Shown here in pieces: positions 20,506-29,999 of a stretch of DNA of 64,000 nt (position 1 is its first letter; each line of letters starts with the position of its first letter). The DNA lies in the IMG/VR virus record IMGVR_UViG_3300024518_005299, positions 32,001-96,000 of that record; one strand, given 5' to 3'. Below the pieces are notes generated by a model. It was not told the DNA's origin. It saw only the letters and a list, made by a program, of their open reading frames with translations, and ran no database searches. The DNA is from a virus. A program made the position numbers and the translations under genes.

Positions 20506-20976
20506 ATGACAATCATGATCAAGAAGTATGCTAGCCCTTCTACACCAACAGTTTCCCATAACATTTATAACTTCGTCGTTGAAGCTATTTTAATAAATAG
20601 ACACGGCGCCCTTGTTGAGGGAGGGTGGAGGAAGAACGGACCGTTCGCAAAGGAGTGGGGTCAGCTGCTGACCAAGGTGATGCGTGTCGGCAAACTCGGC
20701 ATTAGCACACAACAACTTGCGTGGTTCGTGCAATTCTACAAGATAACAGACTTAGACTATAAAGAGTTTGGACTTCTACGTTGGAAGATCAAACATTATT
20801 TTAAATGGTGTAATATTGATAAGTTTGTTGCGTATTATATCTCTCTGCATAAGACACTAGTTGGTCAGAGGAGTAGTTATGTTGAAGATACAACAGGATA
20901 TAAGGTCAAGGCAGCTAGTAGTAAAAAGAGAACACTTAGTGATATATTGAGGGAGTTAGAGAGTGAAGATAATTGA
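20506..20976 (+). CDS. Hypothetical protein, 156 aa
   Basis: GAGGA SD. First gene after the promoter motif. Confidence 0.6.
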   Translation: MTIMIKKYASPSTPTVSHNIYNFVVEAILINRHGALVEGGWRKNGPFAKEWGQLLTKVMRVGKLGISTQQLAWFVQFYKITDLDYKEFGLLRWKIKHYFKWCNIDKFVAYYISLHKTLVGQRSSYVEDTTGYKVKAASSKKRTLSDILRELESEDN

Positions 20977-22012
20977 GGAATTAAAAATGGTAGAGAATGA
21001 TAAGGATGCCAAGCGCGAGCATAAGATATTTATAAAAACTTTACAAAAAGAATATACCGACATGGAAGTTTGTGGTGCTCACGAACTCAAGCTACCCAAA
21101 AGTAATTCTACTGGTTCGCTAACTCTAGATATTAATCTTCATATCCCTTGTTATGACGGTGCGATAGTTGAGATCATTAGCAATGAAGGCGCCGGCAAGA
21201 CTACCTTAGCTTTGTCGATTATGGCAGAGGGCGCTAAGCGTGGTAAGCAACTACTATACATTGATCAAGAGCGCGCCCTTCAACGCACTCTCGTGGATTC
21301 ATTTCCTGAGTTGCGCGAGCCGGGTGTGTTAGAGATTGTTAGCTCTGAGACGGGTGAGGGGGCTTTAGGCATAGCAGAGGCTTGGGCGTTACAATATCCT
21401 GGCTCAATTACTGTGGTAGATTCTGTAGATGCCCTGATCCCTTCTCAGGTTGAACAGAAAGCGTTGGGTGAAACCGATGTAGGCTCGCTACCCATGTTGA
21501 TGAGCAGAGGTTGCCGTAAGCTTTCTCAGGCTGTTGGTAAGTCTGGCAGTGTTATCATTTTTATTAATCAGTGGCGCACAGCAATTGGAACTTATGGCGA
21601 TCCTAATAAAGCTAGTGGCGGAAAGGCCCTGCCGTTCTATGCACGTCAACGTATTGAGCTATTAAACATCACGTCTAAAAGGCGGATCATGGATGATGAT
21701 GGTGTGCAGATTGGGCATATTGTAAAATTCAAAGTTTTAAAGAATAAGGTCGCGCCACCATTTGTGAGTGGTGAATTTCCTTTGATTTATTCTAAAGGTA
21801 TTGATATTTATACAGAATTAGCTACACTGGCTGGGGATTTTGGCATTATTGAAATGGATAAAAAGTATTACTTAATCCCAAATGACAAAGGCGAGATAAA
21901 AAAACGCCCCAAAGCAACGGTTGTCAATATGCTAAGGGCAGACCCTGAGTTTTATCAATCTACTCTAGATGATTTAAAGGAGTTATATCCGGAGACCTTC
22001 TCTAGTGAGTGA
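20963..22012 (+). CDS. recA: RecA-family recombinase
   Basis: STGSLTLD, VEIISNEGAGKTTLAL (Walker A), YIDQERAL, VVDSVDAL, IFINQWR, GGKALPFYA, KVLKNKVAPPF. Confidence 0.92.
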   Translation: MKIIEELKMVENDKDAKREHKIFIKTLQKEYTDMEVCGAHELKLPKSNSTGSLTLDINLHIPCYDGAIVEIISNEGAGKTTLALSIMAEGAKRGKQLLYIDQERALQRTLVDSFPELREPGVLEIVSSETGEGALGIAEAWALQYPGSITVVDSVDALIPSQVEQKALGETDVGSLPMLMSRGCRKLSQAVGKSGSVIIFINQWRTAIGTYGDPNKASGGKALPFYARQRIELLNITSKRRIMDDDGVQIGHIVKFKVLKNKVAPPFVSGEFPLIYSKGIDIYTELATLAGDFGIIEMDKKYYLIPNDKGEIKKRPKATVVNMLRADPEFYQSTLDDLKELYPETFSSE

Positions 22013-22790
22013 TAAAAAACATAAGAATGTCCGACATGGACATGCTACAAGAAAGGATGGTACCTCTAAGGAATATAATGCATGGAGAGGTATGATTCAA
22101 CGTTGTACAAATCCCAATGCTACGAAGTATCCGCGCTATGGAGGGCGTGGGATCAAAGTATGTGATCATTGGTTGGGTTCATTTGAGAATTTTTTTGACG
22201 ATCTAGGATTTGCGCCGTCATCAAGTTATTCATTAGACCGTATTGATAATGACGATGATTATAAGCCTGAGAATTGTCGATGGGCGACTGCTAAAGAACA
22301 AGCGCGGAATAGACACAATACAGTAACTTTTAATGGACAGAGTCTTGCTGAATATTGCGAAGAACATGAGTTGAATTATCATACCGTGATGACTCGTATA
22401 CAGAGAGGCTATTCTGTCGAACGTGCTATTTCAATGCCAGTTTATAACAGGATTAGTAAAGGCGCTCAGCATCTTGCTGATATTATCAGAGAAATCTTCC
22501 CACATCAAAAAGTTGTTTGTGAATATAATGTTGCAGATAGGGGATATTTACCATTAGATTTTTTTATTCCAAGCTTAAATATTGCCATGGAATATGACGG
22601 AGAGATGCATACCATTTTTTCACCTCTATATCATGTTGACCGTGCTGGTTTCTTAGCAATGAAAAAGCGAGACTTAGAGAAGGACGAGTTGTGCGAGCAA
22701 AAGGGGATTACTCTAGTGCGTGTGGCATATAGTGAAAATATGAGTAGAGGCTTGGTGTTAGATAAGATAGAGGAAGCGCAAAATGGCTAG
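22005..22790 (+). mobile_element. HNH homing endonuclease fused in frame to a Vsr/DUF559-like PD-(D/E)XK nuclease domain
   Basis: N-terminal YGGRGIKVCDHW..SLDRIDNDDDYKPENCRWAT..QARNR. C-terminal PLDFFIPSLNIAMEYDGEMH..RDLEKDELCEQKGITLVRV. Confidence 0.8.
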
Positions 22791-24273
22791 AAATGTTGCC
22801 GCCGAATTTAACTTACTGGCTGGTTTGTGCCGGAACCCAGAGATATTTTTTAATGTCCAACAGCACCTTTCTGCAGATGACTTTACGGAGAAGGTCAATC
22901 AAAAATTCTTCATAGTTTTACAACGGTTACTAATGAACTCCACGGGTGAGTTGGTAGTGACCCAACCTGGATTGTTAGCAGAGGCGGCGTCTTTAGGGTT
23001 TAAGGATTTCTATAAGATTTGCAGAGACGGTGAATTGATCGAGGCATGCCTAGATCATCAATCAACTCCAGCCATCACAGGGCGCGCCTTCTTACACGTT
23101 AAGCGCGAGTCTGTTAAAAGAGGCTATCAATCATATTTCAAACAAAAGCTTAAATATATTGAGGATACGACTGATGATACCAACAGCATCATCGACACTG
23201 TAGACTCTGGGCTAATTGATCTATCTAATAAATTACAAGGCGTAGTAGATGACGAGATCATCCATTTGCCTTCACGCGCTATTGAGATCATTGACGACCT
23301 AGCGGATCATCCGGGCGAGCTTGGTGTTGATATCGGCTTTCCGATTTGGCAACGCGCCACTGGTGGATTGCGCAATGGTACTATTACTTTTCTAGCTGCC
23401 AACGCTAAATCTGGTAAGAGCCAGATTGGGGTTCGTGCCGCAGTTGAGTTATCGCGCTATATGCCGGTGCTTTATTGTGACAGTGAATTGAACGAGATCG
23501 CGCAGGGTGTGCGAGCGTTTGGTATGCATGCTGAAGTGAATTATGAGGTCTTAGAGACTGGCTATTGGAAAGCGGATCATGATAAGATTATCCGCGATGG
23601 CTATAATAAAACCTTTGCTTTACAATGTGGTATCGATCGTCAGACGATCGAGGATGTAGACATTCGAGCAGAGTTTGCTACACGTAAATTGTATTATAAG
23701 CAAATGACTGGCATGACCGCGCGTGAGATACTACCCTTTTTACGTCGTTGGGTCATGCAGCATGTTGGATTGGATAATGATACACGACAAGCTCGTTGTC
23801 TAATTGTTTGGGATTATATTAAGTTGGCTCGAATTGATGAAGTCAAAGCGATGGGGGTAGGTGCTCATGATGTGTTGGGCGACACCTGTATGGCTTTACA
23901 TGATTTTGCTGAAGAGTTTAATCTACCCATCTTGGCGTTTGGACAAACCAATCGTGCTATTGACAAAGACTTTGCGATGATTGCCGGCGCGAAGAAGATT
24001 GTGGAGCTAGTAGATTCTATTAGTTTGTTTCATAAGAAAGACGCTCATGACTTAGTCACATCACCACAAGGAACACACGAGATACACATCTTAGGATCTC
24101 GATACGGTAAGGGCGTGAGCACCCATATTAATGTAGAGGCCGATCTAGGGATCGGGAAGTTCCAAGAGCTGGGCGTGGCTACGCTTGTACAATCAACACC
24201 CGTAACCCCGGCTGTTCCTGTAGGAGGGGCGGTAAAAAATCCGACCACTAGTAAATCTAAAACGAAACCATGA
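22783..24273 (+). CDS. dnaB: DnaB-like replicative helicase
   Basis: GVDIGFPIWQRATGGLRNGTITFLAANAKSGKS (Walker A), IVWDYIKL (Walker B), ILAFGQTNR, SRYG. Confidence 0.88.
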   Translation: MARNVAAEFNLLAGLCRNPEIFFNVQQHLSADDFTEKVNQKFFIVLQRLLMNSTGELVVTQPGLLAEAASLGFKDFYKICRDGELIEACLDHQSTPAITGRAFLHVKRESVKRGYQSYFKQKLKYIEDTTDDTNSIIDTVDSGLIDLSNKLQGVVDDEIIHLPSRAIEIIDDLADHPGELGVDIGFPIWQRATGGLRNGTITFLAANAKSGKSQIGVRAAVELSRYMPVLYCDSELNEIAQGVRAFGMHAEVNYEVLETGYWKADHDKIIRDGYNKTFALQCGIDRQTIEDVDIRAEFATRKLYYKQMTGMTAREILPFLRRWVMQHVGLDNDTRQARCLIVWDYIKLARIDEVKAMGVGAHDVLGDTCMALHDFAEEFNLPILAFGQTNRAIDKDFAMIAGAKKIVELVDSISLFHKKDAHDLVTSPQGTHEIHILGSRYGKGVSTHINVEADLGIGKFQELGVATLVQSTPVTPAVPVGGAVKNPTTSKSKTKP

Positions 24274-25370
24274 CAATGACAAGAGAGCCATCAAAAGATA
24301 GGTTGACTAAAGAAAAGATTGAGGGCGTGCGTAAATTGGCACATAAAAATATGCGCCTGATTATGAAAAAGCTAAACTTTAGTGGGGATGATTTTGGTAG
24401 TCGTCTTGTAGGATGCTGTCCTATTCCTCACAATAATGGTCAAACGCCTAATGATAATCGCCAAGCATTTAGTTGGGATTTTGACCGACAGATGTGGCAG
24501 TGCTTTACCAATCAGTGCCATCAGATTCACGGGGCGGATATTTTTGCGCTTATTCAATGCGCGAAAGACTGCGGGTTCATTCAGGCCCTGCAGTGGATTC
24601 TAGATGCTATAGAAAAAGACATTGGTGATATTAAAGAACTTGATAATGAAGAGTCTCAACGATTAGAGCAGGTCATTCGTAAACGATCAGAACTTGTTAA
24701 ACATAAGCGTATGGAAGAGGCGTTGATGACTCATCTACAGCCTAGTGCTTATTTTGCTGATCGAGGATTTTCAAAAGAAGTTATTGCGGAATTTAAATGT
24801 GGAGGCGAATGGCACAAATATCAAACCTATGGTGAAGATAGAGTAGTCGTTCCAATTTATGATCCGCTTGATGGATATCTTGTCGCTTTTACATGTCGTA
24901 TATTGGACGACAATAAGATTAATAAATGGCGACCTAAATGGTGTCATACTCTTAATTTCGCAGAGATACGCAAGAGGTCTCAAGATCGCGCTGACGAAGA
25001 AAAATTTCATGCCTCGTCTGTGCTCTATAATCTTTATCGTGCTTCTCAGCATATGGGGGCGTCTAAAACTATCTTTGTAGCTGAAGGCCCCGGGGACGTT
25101 ATGAAGATGTGGGATGCTGGAATTAAGAATGCCGTAGCTGTTCTAGGCACCGGGTTTTCCAAACATCATAGAACACTCTTACATAAGATTGGTTGTCAGC
25201 AAGTAGTCTGCGTTTTTGATAATGACTTAGCTGGACAAAAAGCTAGCAATGTAGTGAAAAAAATGTGTGATAATTATTTTGAATTTAAAAACGTAACTTT
25301 ACGAGAAGGAACAGACCCTGGAAGTCTTCTTCCGATGCAGTTACGTATGGTTTTGAGGGAATATTTATAA
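24270..25370 (+). CDS. dnaG: DnaG-type primase
   Basis: Zn-binding region CCPIPH..WQCFTNQC. TOPRIM FVAEGPGDV..AVAVLGT..VFDNDLAGQKA..TDPG. Confidence 0.88.
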   Translation: MTMTREPSKDRLTKEKIEGVRKLAHKNMRLIMKKLNFSGDDFGSRLVGCCPIPHNNGQTPNDNRQAFSWDFDRQMWQCFTNQCHQIHGADIFALIQCAKDCGFIQALQWILDAIEKDIGDIKELDNEESQRLEQVIRKRSELVKHKRMEEALMTHLQPSAYFADRGFSKEVIAEFKCGGEWHKYQTYGEDRVVVPIYDPLDGYLVAFTCRILDDNKINKWRPKWCHTLNFAEIRKRSQDRADEEKFHASSVLYNLYRASQHMGASKTIFVAEGPGDVMKMWDAGIKNAVAVLGTGFSKHHRTLLHKIGCQQVVCVFDNDLAGQKASNVVKKMCDNYFEFKNVTLREGTDPGSLLPMQLRMVLREYL

Positions 25371-25903
25371 TGAGCGTTTATGAGAAGATGAGGGTGTATT
25401 TTTCCTCACCCTATGAGCATGATCGTGCTGAAACGTCGTGGAAGTCAACAATAGAAAACTTTATGATAAGGAAGTTAGATTGGCGTATTCAAACTATCGA
25501 CCCTTGTTCAGACTTATGTGATGAAGCTAATCTTATTGATGAGATGAAGGCTAACGAAGACTGGTTAGGAGTATATTCGTTTTGTGCAAATATTGTGGAG
25601 AGCGATCTTGCAATGTTGAATCGTTGTGAGGGTATGATCGCATACCTACCCTGTAACGCAAGAACTTTTGGCACTACCCATGAGATTATTTATGCTTTAG
25701 CAAATAATATTCCAGTAGTGATGGTTATGCCAGAAGGGATTGACAAAGTGCCGCATTGGTTATGGGGAATTTTAGGTCCGAATCGCATCTTTGACAATCT
25801 AGAAGAAGCGGCAACGACTTTAGTAAAGAGAATGCAAGTAGCAAGAGGAGAACAAGCAAATGACACAGTTCATTACCCTAAGCGGTCGAGAATTGACTTA
25901 TGA
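25370..25903 (+). CDS. Nucleoside 2-deoxyribosyltransferase / nucleotide N-hydrolase-like protein
   Basis: VYFSSP, IVESDLAMLNRCEGMIAYL, FGTTHEIIYALANNIPVV match the NDT-fold pattern (D..D..GT.xE..A...PV). Confidence 0.65.
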   Translation: MSVYEKMRVYFSSPYEHDRAETSWKSTIENFMIRKLDWRIQTIDPCSDLCDEANLIDEMKANEDWLGVYSFCANIVESDLAMLNRCEGMIAYLPCNARTFGTTHEIIYALANNIPVVMVMPEGIDKVPHWLWGILGPNRIFDNLEEAATTLVKRMQVARGEQANDTVHYPKRSRIDL

Positions 25904-26547
25904 TAGATGTCAGTAAACAAAGATTCAAATATCAACATACCATCCCTATACCGGATCTTGATAGTGAAGCATTTTGTTACTGGTTAGGGTTTATCTTAGC
26001 TGATGGATGTATTACTGATACTGACAGTGGTTCTGATCGTTTTATTATAGGCCTTAAGCAAGATGATAAAGATCATTTAGAAAAGTTACGCAAGTGGTTA
26101 AGATCTAATCATCCAATACGTTATATAAGAAAAACCAAGGCTTATGATTTTAGGATACGATCTCAAGGATTGTGCAATATGCTAGGTGAGTTTGGCGTCA
26201 CCCCTAGAAAGTCACTTACTGCTTGTGTGGACCCTAGATTAAAAAATAATCGCCATTTTTGGCGTGGAATGATTGATGGAGATGGCACTATATTTATTGA
26301 TACTCGTGATAAATTATTTTGTTTTGGCTTGCTCGGTACTGAAAATGTATGTATAGATTTTTGGAATTTTTGTTATGACATTGATTCTACTTTTAATAAG
26401 GTTTCAATTTGCAAACCCCCATGGAATGGATATTCTGTAAGATGTTCTGGAAGAAAAGCTAAAAATATTGCTAGAAAGCTTTACGGAGATTGTAATATTT
26501 ATCTGGATAGAAAGAAAAAATTAGTAGAGGAAAATATTGATGGCTAA
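25900..26547 (+). mobile_element. Free-standing LAGLIDADG homing endonuclease
   Basis: YWLGFILADGCI and HFWRGMIDGDGTI. Overlaps both neighbours. Confidence 0.88.
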
Positions 26548-27289
26548 ATTTATTACATTAAGTGGAAAAAAACAGACTGGCAAGGATAGCGCCGCAAAGA
26601 TTATTCGTCAGTACTTAGTAAGTGAGAGCTTTAGTTTTTGTTTAGATAATGAAGGCGTAGTGCGCCTACAAAGCTCCGTAGGTATTGGTCCTTTAGGTGT
26701 GGAGGGGATTAATCGTGTGCACGTTGTGCATTTTGCAGACGCTCTCAAAAAGGCATGCAATATCATTTTTGGTATTCCATTAGAAGACATGGAGACTGAA
26801 GAGGGAAAACAGAAGGTAACACATGTAAAATGGCCATGCAATATGGCATCATATGATATTGATCAGGAGCCGACATGGGTCCCCTCTAGTCGGTATATTG
26901 ATTATTGTCATAAGAATAATCGTGAAATTAATGGTGGCGCTAGCCACATGACCGTTCGCGAGATTCTTCAATTTGTAGGAACTGATCTTCTGAGGAATCA
27001 ACTAGATCCAGATATCTGGGTAGAGTCAGTATTTCGTCAACCATGGAAAGAAGACGATGTTGTGATCATTGCAGATGCACGCTTCCCCAATGAAGCAGAT
27101 ATCGCCCTTCAACATGGGTTGTTGATCAATATTGAACGTGAAACTAATTTGGCGAGTGATGGACATAGGTCCGAAACAGCCTTGAATGATTATGCTGATT
27201 ATCATTATAGTGTGGATAATAATAGCTCTGTGGATGATTTCGTTATGCATTTAAATAATGTGATGTCAGAACAGAATATCTTAACATGA
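26540..27289 (+). CDS. Deoxynucleoside monophosphate kinase (phage dNMP kinase family)
   Basis: ITLSGKKQTGKDS P-loop, HFADALK, TVREILQFVGTDLLR..DIWV, IIADARFPNEA. Confidence 0.85.
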   Translation: MAKFITLSGKKQTGKDSAAKIIRQYLVSESFSFCLDNEGVVRLQSSVGIGPLGVEGINRVHVVHFADALKKACNIIFGIPLEDMETEEGKQKVTHVKWPCNMASYDIDQEPTWVPSSRYIDYCHKNNREINGGASHMTVREILQFVGTDLLRNQLDPDIWVESVFRQPWKEDDVVIIADARFPNEADIALQHGLLINIERETNLASDGHRSETALNDYADYHYSVDNNSSVDDFVMHLNNVMSEQNILT

Positions 27290-28296
27290 AAATACCATAC
27301 GTTTCACCTTCACGCTTAAAGACTGCTGATGCTTGTGAATTTAAATACTTTCTTCATTATATATGGGGGTGGAGCGATGAGCTATTTACTTATACGTTCT
27401 GCAGCGAGTTTGGTAGTGCAGTCCATTACACGCTTGAGGAGTATGCGGAGTCTAAAGGTACGGCTGATTACAAAGCTATCTATCATAAGCATGTAATGGA
27501 CCTAAAGCCTTTTATGAAAGATATGAATAACGCGCCGTCGAAAGCCCGTGGTTCGTTTTTTGTTGAAAAAGATTGTGAGTTTTGTCCATTTTTTGGTGTA
27601 GAAGACGGGACTTGTGGCGTAATGCCTTTTGTTGTTGAGGACATCGTCACCCTATATAATGTTGATGAGTTTGAGGGCTGTCCCAAGAAACTATATAACG
27701 AGGGGCTAGGCATGGTTGAAGATGCCATCGTTCGTTATGGTGAATATTTTGACACAGGTGTTAAAAGCAAGGATAATCCTAACGGTAAGGTAATCGGTAT
27801 TGAGGCTCCTACTAGAAAAGAGGCTGATCCAGAAGGTCCACATATCACGTGGGGTGTTGATAAGGATGATGAGCCCATCAATATGAATGGGTTTATTGAT
27901 CTAGTTGTTGAGTATGATAAGGAAACACTATTAATTATTGATTACAAAACAGGATATTCTGTTCCTGAGTATGAGAAGTTTCTTCAAGACCTTCAGCCTA
28001 GAATGTATTCCTATGCGGCAAAGCGCATGTATCCTCAATATAAATATCACTGGGTGCAGTTTGATTACTTTAGAAGCCTAGTACCTTTAGAGCATGCATT
28101 TACAGATGAAGATGATGAGCTGACGCGGCAATACGTGGTTGAGCTTTATCATAAAATTAAAGATGCGCGCTCAATCAAGCGTCGTGGAGAAGACTGGTAT
28201 TGTAAACATCTATGTAATCGTCCATTCTGTGATCAAAAATGGAAAGAATTATTAAACGGCTTAGACGGCTCTAATCCCAACCCTCCCAAAAGATGA
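27286..28296 (+). CDS. PD-(D/E)XK RecB/Cas4-like exonuclease
   Basis: SPSRLK..CEFKY, FGSAVHYTLE, GFIDLV..LIIDYKTG, LQPRMYSYA, C-terminal CKHLCNRPFC. Confidence 0.8.
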   Translation: MKIPYVSPSRLKTADACEFKYFLHYIWGWSDELFTYTFCSEFGSAVHYTLEEYAESKGTADYKAIYHKHVMDLKPFMKDMNNAPSKARGSFFVEKDCEFCPFFGVEDGTCGVMPFVVEDIVTLYNVDEFEGCPKKLYNEGLGMVEDAIVRYGEYFDTGVKSKDNPNGKVIGIEAPTRKEADPEGPHITWGVDKDDEPINMNGFIDLVVEYDKETLLIIDYKTGYSVPEYEKFLQDLQPRMYSYAAKRMYPQYKYHWVQFDYFRSLVPLEHAFTDEDDELTRQYVVELYHKIKDARSIKRRGEDWYCKHLCNRPFCDQKWKELLNGLDGSNPNPPKR

Positions 28297-28670
28297 TGGA
28301 AGATCCACGCTGTAAATATTTATGGGGTCAGCCTAAAGATATGACAGTTGATCAAAAATTTAGGTTGTTGTTACGTTTATTGCGTAAATACTTCCCACCA
28401 GATTTCCCTGTGCGTGTTCGTCGTGTGACAAAAGACCTTTTGGGTCCTGACGCTCCTCATGGTATAGTTTGGATGGTAAACGAGGGTAAACCCAATTCGT
28501 ATTATAAAATCCTTATTAATAAAAATTATCCATGGAATTCACAATTTGATACAGTCATGCATGAATGGGCGCATACGCTCACCTGGCATATAGTAGGTAA
28601 TGGTAAAGATCATGGCGACCCCTTTCATCGTTGTTTCGGTAGTTTGTATCGAGCTTTTGTAGAAGATTAA
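28293..28670 (+). CDS. Small HExxH (SprT/zincin-like) metalloprotein
   Basis: DTVMHEWAHTLT..DHGDPF motif. Confidence 0.55.
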   Translation: MMEDPRCKYLWGQPKDMTVDQKFRLLLRLLRKYFPPDFPVRVRRVTKDLLGPDAPHGIVWMVNEGKPNSYYKILINKNYPWNSQFDTVMHEWAHTLTWHIVGNGKDHGDPFHRCFGSLYRAFVED

Positions 28671-28673
28671 AAA

Positions 28674-29060
28674 ATGATTTATAACTTTCAATGTAGGACT
28701 TGCCAAGCAGATCTAGAAGTGATATTTGCCGCTAGTGAATATGATAATAAGGTAACTGCGGATAACAGGCTCAAGCGTAAAAAATGTGAGAAATGCAACT
28801 CGATTTCGTTTTATCGACACATAATAGAGGCACCAAGCGTCTTGGGTGGAAATAAAGGTTACGTGAGTATGGAGCGCTGGCAACAGAATAATCCAGACCA
28901 CGCCAAAAAACACGAAGAAGAACTTAAAAACAAAATGGAAGACCGTCATCGTAAGCGCGTGCTTAATAAGATCAACAAGCAGATAGGCGGCGACCGGAGC
29001 GAGGATAGGCATAAGGATTATGGTAGCGGCAAGGAAGAAAAGTTAGACTCTAATGATTAG
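28674..29060 (+). CDS. FmdB-like zinc-ribbon protein
   Basis: MIYNFQCRTC...CEKC N-terminal pattern followed by a charged helical tail. Confidence 0.6.
   Translation: MIYNFQCRTCQADLEVIFAASEYDNKVTADNRLKRKKCEKCNSISFYRHIIEAPSVLGGNKGYVSMERWQQNNPDHAKKHEEELKNKMEDRHRKRVLNKINKQIGGDRSEDRHKDYGSGKEEKLDSND
28797..28827 (+). promoter_or_regulatory. Phage promoter motif copy 2 (intragenic): aactCGA-tttcgttttatcga-CACATAATAG
   Basis: Exact CACATAATAG and CGA at the same 14-nt spacing. Spacer is nearly identical to that of the 42384 copy. Lies upstream of the HEG and dnaE. Confidence 0.55.
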
Positions 29061-29340
29061 GACTCAAGAATCTCTTGATGAGCTACTGCAGTCGTGTGAA
29101 TATGCCGCTTACGTTGACCACGCGATAGGCTCACACAACCCTCATATGCTTTGGACTATTCTTGGTGATCTGCGCTACAATCTATTATGGATTATCATGC
29201 GTGATGATACTAATGAATTATTCATTGAATGTATTATGCCTACGGTCTCTCCATTAAACGTAGACGGAATTCATATGGATGACGCACAACTCGTGCAAGA
29301 ACATAGCGATTATATGTTTGATAAATATAAGAATAAGTGA
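29053..29340 (+). CDS. Hypothetical protein, 95 aa
   Basis: Overlap-coupled ORF. Confidence 0.55.
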   Translation: MIRTQESLDELLQSCEYAAYVDHAIGSHNPHMLWTILGDLRYNLLWIIMRDDTNELFIECIMPTVSPLNVDGIHMDDAQLVQEHSDYMFDKYKNK

Positions 29341-29384
29341 ATAATATGGCGAAGGCAAGGAAGAAAAATTGAGCGACCAAAGTG

Positions 29385-29999
29385 ATGGTATATAATTATA
29401 ATAAACATTACTTTGATAATATTGATTCGGCTGAAAAGGCTTATTGGTTGGGCTTTCTTTGGGCTGACGGATGTCTTTTTAATAGCAAGACTCATCCTAA
29501 ACATGTTATTTTTTCACTTCATAAAAAAGATAGATTGTCTATTAAGACGCTTTTAAATGCGCTCGAATCTAATCATCCAATTCGTACTCAGAAAAATAAA
29601 TATGATCGTGTAGAATTTTACGGTGCAGATTTTTATGATTCTCTTTTTCAAAAAGGATTTGAACCCCGTAAGTCTAAGTTAAATAGGATACCAAAATTTC
29701 CCTCAAGATATGATTTTGATTTTATAAGAGGCGTTTTTGATGGTGATGGATGTGTTTATTATCATCAAGCTCGCAATCAAACCTGTGTTGAAATAGCTGG
29801 TAATTTTAAAATAGTTGATTATATTTTAAACGTTATGCAGTTCGGCACATGTTCTCGTATGTCTTTGAAAGGTACTTGGCGTTGGAGGGCTTCTGGTAAT
29901 CAGGTAGCTAAAAGATTCGCACAAAACATTTATTATGATAATAATATAATATGTATGAAAAGAAAACGTGAAAAATTTAAGAGGTTTATTAATGTCTGA
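29385..29999 (+). mobile_element. Free-standing LAGLIDADG homing endonuclease
   Basis: YWLGFLWADGCL and DFIRGVFDGDGCV. Shares SNHPIR with the 25900 copy. 3' end overlaps the dnaE start. Confidence 0.88.

Noticed and set aside
27286-28296. Cas4-like nuclease as a sign of a CRISPR system
   Set aside because: No repeat-spacer array or other cas gene was seen. RecB-family nucleases are routine in phage recombination modules.
29346-29372. 8-codon ORF MAKARKKN upstream of the LAGLIDADG gene
   Set aside because: Too short to evaluate. It may be an insertion scar, but nothing supports a function.
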